This document shows, one piece after another, positions 19,771-28,531 of a stretch of 64,000 nucleotides of DNA. This DNA is from a virus (lineage: Duplodnaviria; Caudoviricetes), in IMG/VR virus record IMGVR_UViG_3300017605_000212, positions 2,173 to 66,172 of that record; one strand, 5' to 3'. The position numbers were made by a program, and so were the translations under genes. The stretch's first letter is position 1; every line of letters starts with the position of its first letter. Under the pieces are notes generated by a model, which saw only the letters and a list, made by a program, of their open reading frames with translations, was not told where the DNA came from and searched no databases.

Positions 19771-22407
19771 ATGCCTGCGTTTAAGCTGGAACAATTCGGC
19801 GGGATGCTACCCGCATGGAGCGACCGGCTTCTGCCGCAGGGACAGGCCGCGTCATCGGAGAACGCTTATCTGTTCTCCGGTGAACTCCAAGGCTGGCGTC
19901 AGCCGAAGCTGCTCCGTGCCTTACAGAACAGCGCTGCCAAATGCGTCTTCCGTGTCCCCACGGTAACGACGCAGACGGCGGTAGGCACACTCACGTTCCT
20001 TGGTAACCCGACCCCCGGTGATACGGTGGCAATCGGGGAAGAGACGTACCTGTTCACCACTGGCGTCACCAAGGCGTACGACGTGCTTATCAGCGGCACG
20101 GCGGTAGAGACAGCGGGCAACCTGCTCATGGCTCTGACCGAGGGTGACGGCGGCGGTGACAAATATGGCACCGGCTGTATCAAGAACATTTCAATCTCGC
20201 AGGTGGGAGGCGAGTGCTACATAGACAACTACGGCCCTAATCCAATTATGTACCTGAAAGCTCCCGACTTCGGCGCTGCCTACAATGGCACCCATCTGGT
20301 GGCGAGTAATACATCGTCGATTACGGTCGGAGCTTTTACCGGGGGCGCTAACGAGACGTTCGATGGCGAGGTCACCGGCGCGGGCGTGTGGCTGGAGTTT
20401 GCCGACGAAGATACCGACGTGCTGCGTTCGCCTGTGGTGGACGACAGCTTCAATCGGTACTACTTCGCGAGCCCCAGCGAGCCGCCCAAATACAACACCT
20501 ATACCCGTATTCAGAACGAGGATGACCCGTGGTTGCTCGGGCTGAACCCTCCGGGGTGCGCCCCCACCGTAGAGGTGGTAGGAGGCGGCAGCTTGCAGCA
20601 GGTCGGGTTGACAGTGGACGGGGGCGGCGCGGAAACCGTGATCGCCAACCAATGTGTCCTGTTCCCCTTCACGCCGCAGGGCGCGATGCAGTTGGATCAG
20701 GTTAATTTTACCCCGGCCTCGACGCTGGCTACGGGGCGCTTCCTTGCCGTGTTGTACGATGACGATGGCTCTGGCACACAGCCGGGGCAGTTCCTGAACC
20801 GTGGCGAAGGCGTTATCGGCTGGACGGCTGGCACGGATGCTACTGATACTTTTCTGAACCCAACGCCGCTGCTGGCGGGGGTCCAGTACTGGATCGGCGT
20901 CATGTTCGACAATATCATCGACATAACAACCGGATTTGGCTCCAATCCTGTCTCCACGTTCTTGCAGCCGTTCGACAACGGCGCTCCCGGCTTCGCGCCT
21001 CCTGTGGCTGCTCCCGGCTTCTCGTTCAAGCTGTGGGCCGACCTGACCACGAGCAGCACTCTATCCGCCCGGAGCTACGTATACACTTGGCTCAGCGAGT
21101 ACGCCGAGGAGAGCCCGCCGTCGCCACCCACGTTGCAGAACGGGTGGACGAACGGGACGTGGACCATCGGCCTTTTCACGCCCCCGCCCGACGACTTGGG
21201 CGTGGTTCGCAACATCAAGAAGGTGCGTATTTATCGCACGATTGCTGCTATTTCCGGCCAGACAGACTACTTCTGGGTGGCCGACGTAGATGTGGGCACA
21301 GTGTCGTACGTCGACACTATCAGCGACGACATAGTCGCTCTGAACACAATTCTGCCTAGCACCCAGTGGTTCCCACCGCCCCCGGGCCTGCTCGGCATGT
21401 GCGTAATGCCTAACGGCATCTTCGTGGGGTTCAAGGGTAACGAATTGTGGTTCTCCGAACCCTATCGTCCTCATGCGTGGCCCCCGGGCTACGTGATAAC
21501 CACGGAGTTTCCTATCATCGGCATCGGCGTCACCGGACAAGCTGTCGTTGCCTGCACGGGGAGCACACCGTACCTCGCGTACGGCGTGAACCCGGGTTCT
21601 ATGGTCCTGAACAAAATCCAAAACGTCGAGCCGTGCCTGTCGCGCGGGTCGATCATTGGGAACGATCAGGGAGTGTACTATTGCAGCCCGAACGGTCTCA
21701 TACAGGTGAGCCCCACGGGCAAAGCCGAGAACACCACCGAAAGCTGGATCACCCGCGAGCGATGGCGCAAGCTGACGCCGCAAACTGGCCAGCACGCTAT
21801 CCCGCTGCACGGCATGTATATGTGTTACAGCATGACGGATCAGGTCGGTTTCACCATCGACTTGTCGCCGTATGACGCGCAGTCGTTTACCATTTGGCCG
21901 CAACCCGGTGGGCACCGTATCGGCTTCGGCAAAATGACCGTGCCGAACGATCTTCCGTTGACACACATCCAGCTTGACCCGTGGTCAGGCGTTGGCCTCA
22001 CCATCCAAGATGGCAACATCTACTACTGGGACTTCCAAGATTTGGCCCCGACGCTGATGAAATACGTCTGGCGCTCGAAGAAGTATCAGCAGACCACGAA
22101 GAAGAACTTCGAGGCCATGAAGGTGTTCTTCGACACCCCGGCTGGCACTCCCGACCAGAGTGCGACGCGGCTGGAGGCCAATACCGACGACGCCGTATGG
22201 AACACGCTGGCTACCGGCCAGTACGGCATTATACGGGTGTACGCCGACGATGTGCTGGTGACTACCCGGGAAATCCGCACCAACGCGGAGGTCTTGCGTA
22301 TTCTGTCGGGGTTCAAGGCGGACACATGGCAGTGGGAAATCGAGGGCATCGTGCCAATTTCTAACATCCAGATCGCTACTAGCATCAAAGAACTGTCGAG
22401 CGTGTAA
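19771..22407 (+). CDS. Tail tubular/nozzle (stabilization)-like protein
   Basis: 878 aa; RSYVYTW..EESPPSP, LWFSEPYRPHAWP, YVWRSKKY; typical of podovirus tail protein B-like proteins. Confidence 0.75.
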   Translation: MPAFKLEQFGGMLPAWSDRLLPQGQAASSENAYLFSGELQGWRQPKLLRALQNSAAKCVFRVPTVTTQTAVGTLTFLGNPTPGDTVAIGEETYLFTTGVTKAYDVLISGTAVETAGNLLMALTEGDGGGDKYGTGCIKNISISQVGGECYIDNYGPNPIMYLKAPDFGAAYNGTHLVASNTSSITVGAFTGGANETFDGEVTGAGVWLEFADEDTDVLRSPVVDDSFNRYYFASPSEPPKYNTYTRIQNEDDPWLLGLNPPGCAPTVEVVGGGSLQQVGLTVDGGGAETVIANQCVLFPFTPQGAMQLDQVNFTPASTLATGRFLAVLYDDDGSGTQPGQFLNRGEGVIGWTAGTDATDTFLNPTPLLAGVQYWIGVMFDNIIDITTGFGSNPVSTFLQPFDNGAPGFAPPVAAPGFSFKLWADLTTSSTLSARSYVYTWLSEYAEESPPSPPTLQNGWTNGTWTIGLFTPPPDDLGVVRNIKKVRIYRTIAAISGQTDYFWVADVDVGTVSYVDTISDDIVALNTILPSTQWFPPPPGLLGMCVMPNGIFVGFKGNELWFSEPYRPHAWPPGYVITTEFPIIGIGVTGQAVVACTGSTPYLAYGVNPGSMVLNKIQNVEPCLSRGSIIGNDQGVYYCSPNGLIQVSPTGKAENTTESWITRERWRKLTPQTGQHAIPLHGMYMCYSMTDQVGFTIDLSPYDAQSFTIWPQPGGHRIGFGKMTVPNDLPLTHIQLDPWSGVGLTIQDGNIYYWDFQDLAPTLMKYVWRSKKYQQTTKKNFEAMKVFFDTPAGTPDQSATRLEANTDDAVWNTLATGQYGIIRVYADDVLVTTREIRTNAEVLRILSGFKADTWQWEIEGIVPISNIQIATSIKELSSV

Positions 22408-22408
22408 C

Positions 22409-22786
22409 ATGGGCGCACCTATTTGTCATATCGTTCCGCCGTCTACGGTCGTTAACGACCGAACGCAGACGCATGGCCCGCAGATGGCGGAAATCCCCGA
22501 GGCCACGGACTTGGCCAGCGCCCTTGCCGCTATCCGCGTCATGACGGACCTCATCCGACGTTTGTCGAACCAAGAGCCAAAGCGCGGCGGCGGCACAGGC
22601 GGCAGCACCAAGCAAAAAGAGCCATCGAAACCGGGGCGCTACGTAGAGAAGCGTGAGGCCCGCACAGTCAACGAAATTGTAGTCCACAGTAAGGACGACC
22701 CGGAAGTTCAGATGACGTTCAAGCGGATTGACGGCTTGACGTTCGTGGACAGCAAGACCGGGGAAGAGTGGATTTGGAAGCGGTAA
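22409..22786 (+). CDS. Hypothetical virion protein
   Basis: Operon packing. Confidence 0.65.
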   Translation: MGAPICHIVPPSTVVNDRTQTHGPQMAEIPEATDLASALAAIRVMTDLIRRLSNQEPKRGGGTGGSTKQKEPSKPGRYVEKREARTVNEIVVHSKDDPEVQMTFKRIDGLTFVDSKTGEEWIWKR

Positions 22787-22787
22787 C

Positions 22788-23924
22788 ATGGCCGACGACA
22801 ACGCCATCCTCGGTCCTGACGGCAGGATGATCCAGCTTGGCTGGATGGACGATATTATAGATTTCAAGCTGCCACACGGCGGCTTTGCCGTCCTGCATTA
22901 CAGCGGCACCGTGAGTAGTTCCAAGGTAACAGCCACTACGACAACTGGCGTACTCGATACGTGGCCGTACGGCGCGACGATCCTCAAGCCCGCCCTCCTT
23001 GCCGGGAAGTTCATGGAGAACAGCATCGAGGTTCTCAAGAAGAAGAAACTCGTCGCGAAGTCGTTCGAGCCGTGGAGAAAGCAGACCTTTTTCAGTACGA
23101 CCGGGAGCACGACATATGACTACCAATCCGCCACTGTCGTGGCCGGGTTAAAGGGTGCCCCCTTTGCGGTCCGCAACTCTGCGGTAGGCCACGGGGTTCA
23201 CAGCGATGAAACCTTCATAAATGGTCAGGCTCAGATTTTGACCGGCTGGGAGCAGGAGTTTGGCTGGGATACCCAGACCGCTATTGAACACATCGGCTTC
23301 ATGCTGTTCTACTACGACTTCCTCGTCCAGATCGGCTCTGCCCCGCTGAACGACAACCCCACAAACTGGGACCCGTCTGCCGTTGTGACCGTTCACCCCG
23401 TCCTAGACGAGCAGATGGAGGTCCACAAGCAGCAGGCCGTGGTCCTCGATCTGAACGGTATCAAAGACCCCAAGCAGAAGACTGTCACCATACAGGTTCG
23501 CGCCGAGGGTTCCGGGCAGGATCGCGGTCGGCAGGGGCACTACGTGACCCTTTGGACATACAAAAAGAAGCCTAAGGACTGGGACATTAACGACCTAAAT
23601 CTGGGCCAGTGGGACCTGTTCTCCAACAGCGTGCAGGACGCAACCTCGGGTCTGAGCGGGGAAGGCTTCTTCGAGCAGCGGAACGTCTCTACCGGAGCCG
23701 TCAATACTGACATTGCCGGTAGCTATGCCGGGAACAATTTTGAACCGTTCAGGGACGACGGTATCACGTTCCAACTGCCTGATGAGGCTACAGACTATCG
23801 GGCGGTATCGGGCCTAGACAACAGCGAGGACATTCAAGTCGGGGCGTTTCAGCCGACTATCACGGTGACGTTCGTGGTAAATCTGAAGACCATGCAGATC
23901 ATCAGCGCGACCCGATCCGCTTGA
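22788..23924 (+). CDS. Hypothetical virion protein
   Basis: 378-aa ORF, tightly coupled to its neighbours. Confidence 0.7.
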   Translation: MADDNAILGPDGRMIQLGWMDDIIDFKLPHGGFAVLHYSGTVSSSKVTATTTTGVLDTWPYGATILKPALLAGKFMENSIEVLKKKKLVAKSFEPWRKQTFFSTTGSTTYDYQSATVVAGLKGAPFAVRNSAVGHGVHSDETFINGQAQILTGWEQEFGWDTQTAIEHIGFMLFYYDFLVQIGSAPLNDNPTNWDPSAVVTVHPVLDEQMEVHKQQAVVLDLNGIKDPKQKTVTIQVRAEGSGQDRGRQGHYVTLWTYKKKPKDWDINDLNLGQWDLFSNSVQDATSGLSGEGFFEQRNVSTGAVNTDIAGSYAGNNFEPFRDDGITFQLPDEATDYRAVSGLDNSEDIQVGAFQPTITVTFVVNLKTMQIISATRSA

Positions 23925-23987
23925 GTTAACAGTATCTAAAGGGGTTGGCCTTAAGCATTGGGGGCCATTACAATTCGGGGCAGGCAC

Positions 23988-25874
23988 ATGGCCGACAGCT
24001 TTCAGTCCAGTTTCAATAGTTCTAGCTCGTCCTCTGGGTCCTTCATCCCCGATTACCCCCAGTCCGGCTTCCTGATGCAGGTGGCTCAACTGGCCCAGCA
24101 GTACGGCCAGCAGACAATGGGCTGGGCGCTCAACCAGTTCGCCAAGACCGACGCCCTCACCGATAAGGCCATTGACAACTACGTGACTGCCTCTACAAAG
24201 GCGATGGAGTTGGCGAACGGCGAGTTGGACCGCTATCAGAACGTCTTCCAGCCGCAGGAAGACGCCCTTATCCGTGATGCGAACACCTATGCCTCGGGTG
24301 ACCGTATCCGACAGGATATGGGCGCTGCCGAGAGCGGACAGGAACAGGCCTCTAATGCAGCCCGTATACAAGCCGAACAACAGCTTGAGAGCTATGGTAT
24401 TGACCCGTCCTCAGGACGCTACGCAGCACTCGATAGGGTCGCCCGCACTCAAGGAGGAGCAGCGGCGGCAGGCGCTGCGGACGTTGCTCGTAGAAGCGCA
24501 GAGGCTACGGGCCGAGGCCTACGCCAGCAGGCTATTCAGATCGGGCAGATGAAGCCCGCCAATGTCATCAATTCGTTGAACCAATACGCGCAAGACGTGC
24601 AGGGGGCGGTCAACGCCGACCTTGCGCGTGACCAAGTTGGCACGCAACTGCATCAAGCCGCAAATCCCTATTTGAATACAGCCTCTTCGCTAAAGTACCC
24701 CCCTCTCGGGCAGAAGTCCCAGAGCCAGTCTTCGGGCTCCAGCCAAGGGCAGTCCCGAGGTGACAGTGGCAGCAAGGGCGACAAGAGCGGCTCAGACCGC
24801 AGCGGTGGCGGCGGTGATCCCGGCGACGGTAGCGGCGGTCGCGGTCGTATGTCTCCTGCTCAGGAGGCGGCGGCTCTCGGCTACGGCGGCTTCGGCAAGG
24901 GCGGCGGTGGCTACACCCACCCCAAGATCATGAACCTCGACAAGCTGGGCATTACCAAAGAGGGCGGCGAGCCCGGGGGTGACATTAGTTACGCCCAGCT
25001 TCAAGGTATTGATGACGGCGTCGGCGGAAAATATGATTGGCAGATTGGCACCGACGCGATGATGGGCCCCAACGGCATCCCGATCACGGATACCGACGCG
25101 GGCGTCGACGCTTGGAACCAAGGGTTTGGCGACGTGGGCGAGGACTATTACGACTACGGCCAAGGCACCGGTGGCGACTATTTCAGCGGTGGCGAGGACG
25201 ACCAGTCGTACTACGACAATTTCGATCCCACTGCCGACTGGAATTATGACCCCAACGCAGAGAGCGGCGACAACTATTACGGCGACCAGAGCGGCTATGG
25301 TTACGACGATCCCAATGCGTCAGGTGACTATGGCTTCGATCCCTCACAGTCTTACGACTACAGCGACCCCAATGCGTCAGGTGATTATGGCTTCGATCCC
25401 TCACAGTCTTACGACTACGGCGGCGGTGACAATACGGCCTACGATACGTCGTACAACGACCAGTCCTATGACACGGGCGGGGACTATTTCAGTGGGGGCG
25501 GGGACTATGACTACAGTAGCTACGGCGATTTTGGAGGCGATTATGCACGGGGTGGTCCGGTTCGCAGGGCTCCTGCTGCTCGCCGCCCTAGTGTTTCACG
25601 CGGTGCGATCCCAACGTCGCCGGATGCAACAACGGGAGGCTTTGTGCCCCGTTCGCTCTCACCGTCGCAGGGACGGCAGACAGACGACATTCCCGCGAAT
25701 TTGAACGCCGGGGAGTTCGTCCTGCCGAAGGACGTGGTCAAGTGGAAGGGCGAGGAGTACTTCCAGAAACTTATTCAGCAGGCCCGCAAGGCGCGGGTCG
25801 GCGCACCCGGCAAGGCCACTCAGGGTAAACCAGCCCAAGGCCCAAGTCGGTTTCAGTCAAGGCCGATGAGGTAA
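23988..25874 (+). CDS. Internal virion/ejection protein 1
   Basis: Helical Ala/Gln-rich N-terminus (YGIDPSSGRY), Asp/Tyr/Gly-rich middle, C-terminal TDDIPANLNAGEFVLP motif. Confidence 0.7.
   Translation: MADSFQSSFNSSSSSSGSFIPDYPQSGFLMQVAQLAQQYGQQTMGWALNQFAKTDALTDKAIDNYVTASTKAMELANGELDRYQNVFQPQEDALIRDANTYASGDRIRQDMGAAESGQEQASNAARIQAEQQLESYGIDPSSGRYAALDRVARTQGGAAAAGAADVARRSAEATGRGLRQQAIQIGQMKPANVINSLNQYAQDVQGAVNADLARDQVGTQLHQAANPYLNTASSLKYPPLGQKSQSQSSGSSQGQSRGDSGSKGDKSGSDRSGGGGDPGDGSGGRGRMSPAQEAAALGYGGFGKGGGGYTHPKIMNLDKLGITKEGGEPGGDISYAQLQGIDDGVGGKYDWQIGTDAMMGPNGIPITDTDAGVDAWNQGFGDVGEDYYDYGQGTGGDYFSGGEDDQSYYDNFDPTADWNYDPNAESGDNYYGDQSGYGYDDPNASGDYGFDPSQSYDYSDPNASGDYGFDPSQSYDYGGGDNTAYDTSYNDQSYDTGGDYFSGGGDYDYSSYGDFGGDYARGGPVRRAPAARRPSVSRGAIPTSPDATTGGFVPRSLSPSQGRQTDDIPANLNAGEFVLPKDVVKWKGEEYFQKLIQQARKARVGAPGKATQGKPAQGPSRFQSRPMR
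25311..25418 (+). repeat. Near-perfect tandem duplication, 57-nt period (19 aa DPNASGDYGFDPSQSYDYS)
   Basis: CCCAATGCGTCAGGTGA(C/T)TATGGCTTCGATCCCTCACAGTCTTACGACTAC at 25311 and 25368. Confidence 0.9.
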
Positions 25875-25877
25875 CCG

Positions 25878-28526
25878 ATGATAAGCGGACGCGCCAACTG
25901 GGCAGGTCGATACCGACCTCAGCGTTCCACGCAGGCACCCGCGCCTGCGGGGACAGGCGGGTCTATGCCTCCTCCGGTCGTCAACCAAGGCGGCAGCGTC
26001 GGCGGCATTAACTGGTCGCGGACCGGTTATGGTGCGCCTCCGATGAGCGGCGGTCGCCGTGGCGGCGGCTTCGGTTTGCCGGTGAACAATCAGGCGATCC
26101 CTGACCAGACAAGCCCAATGAGCGCGTCGGCTCCCCCGTCAGCGGCCCCGGCGTTCAGCAAAGGTGGCCCTGTTCGCAGGATGGCCCGTAACTACGCCAA
26201 CGGCGGGTTTGTTGACCCGCGCCAGCGGCGCTCCACGGCCATTGACGAGGGCCCGGAGAATATGGGTGACTGGTTCCGTGCCCAGATGGGGAACGTGAGC
26301 AGGTCGCCTATTGGGCAGTTGGCGGGCAAATATCTTGACCCTGACACCTATCGCACTCCGACCCCGGCCCCGCAGGGTTCGCTGGAGGCCGACGCTGGTA
26401 TCAATGACATTGCGGCGTTGGGGAAGACCGACGAAGTAACAAAGGCAGCGCATTGGTTGCCTAATGAGCGCAGAGGCCCGCCCGCAGATGACGGCTCGGG
26501 GTCGCTTCTGCAACAGACCGACGACGGCAGGGAGCAGTTCAACGGTATGGATTACGCGAACAACTCAACCCCCGAGGACGATAGCCGTCTGCAAGGGTTC
26601 ATGGAGCAGGTCAACGACCTGTTCAACCGTACGTACGAGCAGTTTGGGGTCGCCCGTGGCGGCAACCTAGATGAGCAGGGCGTTCCGCAGGCTATGCCCG
26701 ACGAGCCCGAGGCCGAGGACAACTCACAAGAGGAAGCCGCCGAGTTCGCTGACGGCGGACCCGTGGAAGACCCAAATGGTAACCCAGCGGAGGAAACTTT
26801 CTCAGGAAAGATCAGGCGCGGGTTCAAAGAGGCCGACGAGAGCCTCGGCAAGGGAGCCGACCAACTGGGCGAGCATATCAAGCGCGTCCTGCCGAAGACC
26901 AAGAATTACGCCGAGGGCGGCTACGTCGACGACGAGGAACTGCCAGAGGAAACGGGCGCGGTGCCTGAGGACGGCGATGTTACCGGCTCGGTAACAGAGG
27001 ACTTGTCGGCCCGCAGCAAACAGGCTCCCGACGACAGCGAGGACACCGTTCTCGATGTTGCTGGACGCGGCCTGAAAAGGGCGGGCTCGTGGCTTGCTGA
27101 TAAGGCGATCCCCGAGGAGGGTTACGATTACATGGGCGGCGTACCCCCGGCGTACCAGACGCAGCCTGCGGCTCGCCCCGGTCAGGTGCCAAAACCCGCT
27201 GATCCCAATGCGGGAACATTTAAGATGCTCGCAGGCGTAGACGCGATGGACCCGCAGGAGTACGAGAAATACGCCGACTTCTACGGCCAGCAGCTTGACC
27301 CGCAAGGCCTCATGAGTGACACCGACCGCAAGGACTTGGTGCTGAGCGAAATCTACAAGAAGAACCCCGACGATGCGAAGCGGGTTCTCCAGCTTTACCG
27401 TGGGCGTTTTCTGGGCTACCAGATGGACGCGCTTGCTGCCTTTCAAGGCACGCAAGAGAAACCCGCTGACTACGGGCGGGCGGTTGACGACCTCAACAGC
27501 ATGTTCCCGCACCTGCCGGGTGCCCCCGCCGTCAAGTTCGTGGCCGGGGCCAACGGCGTAAGTGCAATGGTGATGACCAAGGACGGCATCGAGAACCTGC
27601 AACTGACGTACCCGCAGGCGTACAACCTCGCCAAGCTGAGCCAGTTCGATAACGCCTACCATAAGGGCCTCCCGGCTATTATTGCTGAGGCTATGAAGGG
27701 CCAAGGCGACAGCGGCGGGCTCAACAAGAACTTCCAGCAGTCCGATCAGGGACCGCCACAGGCGTCCGCTGATGAGGCCGCGCAGCAGCAGGCGGCTCAG
27801 GCCGCGCAAAAAGCTGATGCGGACGTGAACGCCGATACGAAACAACGCCTGCGTCAGGTGGGCGAGGACGCCAAAGTGCGGCGCGAGCAGGCTGAGTTCT
27901 ACCATGCAGAGGGCCAGAAACTGTTTCCGTTCGATGAGGCCAAGGCCCAAGATTACGCTGCCGCCCGTATGCGGCAGGCGCAGTTGCAGGAGGGCGTTGA
28001 AAGCCGCGAGGGTATTAAGGCTGAAGGCGGCGTGAACCGGGCTCAGGTTACCGGCCAGAGCCGAGAGCGCGTCGCCGCTACGCGGGCCCAAACCGAGGAT
28101 AAGAAGATCGCTGCCGCGATGGAGCGGCTTACGACCGCCGAAGCTGGCAAAATGTCCCGCTTGGTGGAGCAGCACCTTGGCAGGATGGAGGAAGGCCAGC
28201 AGAAGCGCGAAGGTGCGGCTGTTGTCGCTGCCCTCAAAAACCCGGCCAACATCGACGGTGAGGGCGTGAACCAGATGCTCAAGAGCATCGGCATTGACCC
28301 GACGAAATTGTATTCGGTCGCGACCGGAAAGGCCCCGACCGACCAAGTACCCAAGGCTGCTGGCGAAGTCCAACAGCGCGAGGCCGTTCAACCCGGAACA
28401 GAGGGGACAAGCCGACAGCCCCTCCCGCCGAAGCCCGGGTTTGAGGTCGTCAGAAATAAGCGGACTGGTGAGTACAAATACCGCCCGGTCCAGCAGGAGG
28501 CTGCTCCAGACGATGTAGCAGAGTAA
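25878..28526 (+). CDS. Internal virion/ejection protein 2
   Basis: 882 aa, low complexity, four [FY][AS]xGG motifs; position between ejection-like genes. Confidence 0.7.
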   Translation: MISGRANWAGRYRPQRSTQAPAPAGTGGSMPPPVVNQGGSVGGINWSRTGYGAPPMSGGRRGGGFGLPVNNQAIPDQTSPMSASAPPSAAPAFSKGGPVRRMARNYANGGFVDPRQRRSTAIDEGPENMGDWFRAQMGNVSRSPIGQLAGKYLDPDTYRTPTPAPQGSLEADAGINDIAALGKTDEVTKAAHWLPNERRGPPADDGSGSLLQQTDDGREQFNGMDYANNSTPEDDSRLQGFMEQVNDLFNRTYEQFGVARGGNLDEQGVPQAMPDEPEAEDNSQEEAAEFADGGPVEDPNGNPAEETFSGKIRRGFKEADESLGKGADQLGEHIKRVLPKTKNYAEGGYVDDEELPEETGAVPEDGDVTGSVTEDLSARSKQAPDDSEDTVLDVAGRGLKRAGSWLADKAIPEEGYDYMGGVPPAYQTQPAARPGQVPKPADPNAGTFKMLAGVDAMDPQEYEKYADFYGQQLDPQGLMSDTDRKDLVLSEIYKKNPDDAKRVLQLYRGRFLGYQMDALAAFQGTQEKPADYGRAVDDLNSMFPHLPGAPAVKFVAGANGVSAMVMTKDGIENLQLTYPQAYNLAKLSQFDNAYHKGLPAIIAEAMKGQGDSGGLNKNFQQSDQGPPQASADEAAQQQAAQAAQKADADVNADTKQRLRQVGEDAKVRREQAEFYHAEGQKLFPFDEAKAQDYAAARMRQAQLQEGVESREGIKAEGGVNRAQVTGQSRERVAATRAQTEDKKIAAAMERLTTAEAGKMSRLVEQHLGRMEEGQQKREGAAVVAALKNPANIDGEGVNQMLKSIGIDPTKLYSVATGKAPTDQVPKAAGEVQQREAVQPGTEGTSRQPLPPKPGFEVVRNKRTGEYKYRPVQQEAAPDDVAE

Positions 28527-28531
28527 GTGCC

